A DNA stretch of 63,070 nt, counting the filler. It is 9 parts of 9 records of this genome, joined end to end, with 100 filler letters (N's around TTAATTAATTAA, not from the genome) between each part and the next. Parts side by side here need not be neighbours in the genome. Positions count along the whole stretch, not along the records: positions 57,852 to 63,070 come from SRR31147125_19601; 8 more parts are not named here. One strand, written 5' to 3'. Made by a program: the position numbers and the translations under genes. Below the pieces are notes generated by a model. That model was not told the origin of the DNA, did no database searches, and saw only the letters and a list, made by a program, of their open reading frames with translations. Each line of letters opens with the position of its first letter. The stretch's first letter is position 1. This document shows positions 61,535 through 63,070 of this stretch, one piece after another.

Positions 61535-63070
61535 ATGAAAATGATCAAAAATAGTGATATTGCAGAGGCCATGATCGTCCGTCTTGGGGATGAGTTACCG
61601 GAGCCGGAACCCTTCCGAGAAGGAATCCGGCGCGCACCGGACAGGGGATTTCGTCTCACCGAAGGCCAGACCAAAATCGCCCTTGAAAATGCCTTGCGCT
61701 ACATTCCCGAGCAGCACCACGCGGTATTGATTCCGGAGTTTCTGGATGAGCTCAAGACTCGGGGTCGAATCTACGGCTATCGTTTTCGTCCCCATGGTGA
61801 TCTTAAAGCCAAACCCCTCGACCAATACAAGGGAAAGTGCGAAGCGGGAAAAGCATTTCAGTTAATGATCGATAACAATCTCGATTTCGATGTGGCCCTC
61901 TATCCCTACGAGCTTGTGACCTACGGCGAGACCGGCAGCGTCTGCCTCAACTGGATGCAGTTTCGTCTGATCAAACAGTATCTCGAAGCGATGACGGAAG
62001 AGCAGACGCTGGCGGTGCAATCGGGTCATCCCCTGGGGCTTTTTAAATCTTCTCCGGACAATCCCCGGGTGATCATCACCAACGGCCTCATGGTGGGACT
62101 CTACGACAATCCCGACGATTGGGAGATTGCCGCACAGATGGGCGTTTCATCCTACGGTCAGATGACTGCCGGCGGATGGATGTATATCGGGCCCCAGGGG
62201 ATTGTTCACGGTACCTACAATACCCTTCTCAATGCGGGACGAAAGATGTGCCGCGTCCCTGCCGACGGCGATCTTGCAGGGCTTTTGTTCGTCTCATCCG
62301 GACTCGGCGGCATGAGCGGCGCCCAGCCCAAAGCCGCAAAAATCGCAGGGGCGGTCTCCATTACGGCAGAGGTGGATGAATCCCGCATCAAGACCCGTCA
62401 TGATCAAGGATGGGTCGATCTCGTCTCATCGGATCTCGATGAAGTGGTGGCCCTTGCCGCCAAAGCCGTGGAAGAAAAATCCAATACATCCATTGCTTAT
62501 CACGGCAATATTGTGGATTTACTGGAGCACCTGGTGAAGATCGGAGAAGACGATCATGTGAGTAAAGAAGGGGAGGACGGCAATGTCGAGGGCGGCAGGG
62601 GACTCAAAGTGGATCTGTTGTCTGACCAAACCTCTTGTCATGTGGTTTACGACGGCGGCTACTGTCCCCAGGGCATCTCATTTGAAGAGCGTACCAGGCT
62701 TCTTGCCGAAGATCGTTCCAAATTCAAGGCGTTGGTGGATCAGAGCCTTCGGCGCCAGTATGAACTGATTCGGGAAATCTCAAAGCAAGGCACCTTCTTT
62801 TTCGATTACGGCAATGCCTTTTTAAAGGCGGTTTTCGATGCCGGTGTCGTCGAAGTGGTGAAAAACGGCGTGGACGCCAAAGACGGATTTGTTTTCCCAT
62901 CCTACTTCGAAGACATCATGGGTCCCATTTTCGATTACGGCTACGGTCCGTTCAGATGGATATGCCTGAGCGGTAATCCCGAAGATCTCCATAAGACGGA
63001 TCAGGCTGCCATGTCTTGTATCGATCCGGAGCGTCGGCCCGAAGATCGGGACAACTACGTCTGGATCCGG
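61535..63070 (+). CDS. hutU: urocanate hydratase, long form (3' partial; absent from ORF track)
   Basis: My translation gives IRRAP, NALRYIP, NNLDFDVALYPYELVTYG, YGQMTAGGWMYIGPQGIVHGT, SGLGGMSGAQ, SDQTSCH, FDYGN. Confidence 0.96.
   Translation, partial: MKMIKNSDIAEAMIVRLGDELPEPEPFREGIRRAPDRGFRLTEGQTKIALENALRYIPEQHHAVLIPEFLDELKTRGRIYGYRFRPHGDLKAKPLDQYKGKCEAGKAFQLMIDNNLDFDVALYPYELVTYGETGSVCLNWMQFRLIKQYLEAMTEEQTLAVQSGHPLGLFKSSPDNPRVIITNGLMVGLYDNPDDWEIAAQMGVSSYGQMTAGGWMYIGPQGIVHGTYNTLLNAGRKMCRVPADGDLAGLLFVSSGLGGMSGAQPKAAKIAGAVSITAEVDESRIKTRHDQGWVDLVSSDLDEVVALAAKAVEEKSNTSIAYHGNIVDLLEHLVKIGEDDHVSKEGEDGNVEGGRGLKVDLLSDQTSCHVVYDGGYCPQGISFEERTRLLAEDRSKFKALVDQSLRRQYELIREISKQGTFFFDYGNAFLKAVFDAGVVEVVKNGVDAKDGFVFPSYFEDIMGPIFDYGYGPFRWICLSGNPEDLHKTDQAAMSCIDPERRPEDRDNYVWIR

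Noticed and set aside
1-63070. tRNA, rRNA or selenocysteine/pyrrolysine recoding
   Set aside because: None recognised by eye; split genes are frame changes rather than in-frame stops. A covariance search was not run.

Overview
This window is not one locus. It is nine unrelated contigs from an anaerobic-community metagenome, joined by 100-bp artificial linkers (N44-TTAATTAATTAA-N44). (1) 1-6216: Bacteroidota SusC/SusD/GH106 locus. (2) 6317-13602: Firmicutes-like giant surface-protein gene bracketed by two copies of a guaA 3'-end attachment-like sequence. (3) 13703-20246: TetR plus four secreted hydrolase genes. (4) 20347-30844: bbsEFGH-etfBA-ETF:quinone oxidoreductase (anaerobic toluene/benzylsuccinate pathway). 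(5) 30945-37881: sigma54-type Cus-like efflux operon, IS3 relic and hsdR start. (6) 37982-42988: flgK-giant flgL-csrA-fliW. (7) 43089-50189: A2-type cytochrome c oxidase operon. (8) 50290-57751: SNF2 helicase-DUF4391-type III mod-GxxExxY-res. (9) 57852-63070: hutH-hutC-hutU. The best candidate for an undescribed system is on contig 8. Every intergenic spacer there carries a REP-like palindrome built from inverted 9-bp repeats (AACCACGAAA-AACACGAAA-AGCACGAAA ... TTCGTGTCT-TTCGTGCCT-TTCGTGGTT, seven units). Two of them tightly flank a small GxxExxY PD-(D/E)XK nuclease gene lying between mod and res. Many genes carry small frameshifts, mostly in homopolymers, which look like sequencing error. All calls are by-eye recognition; no searches were run.
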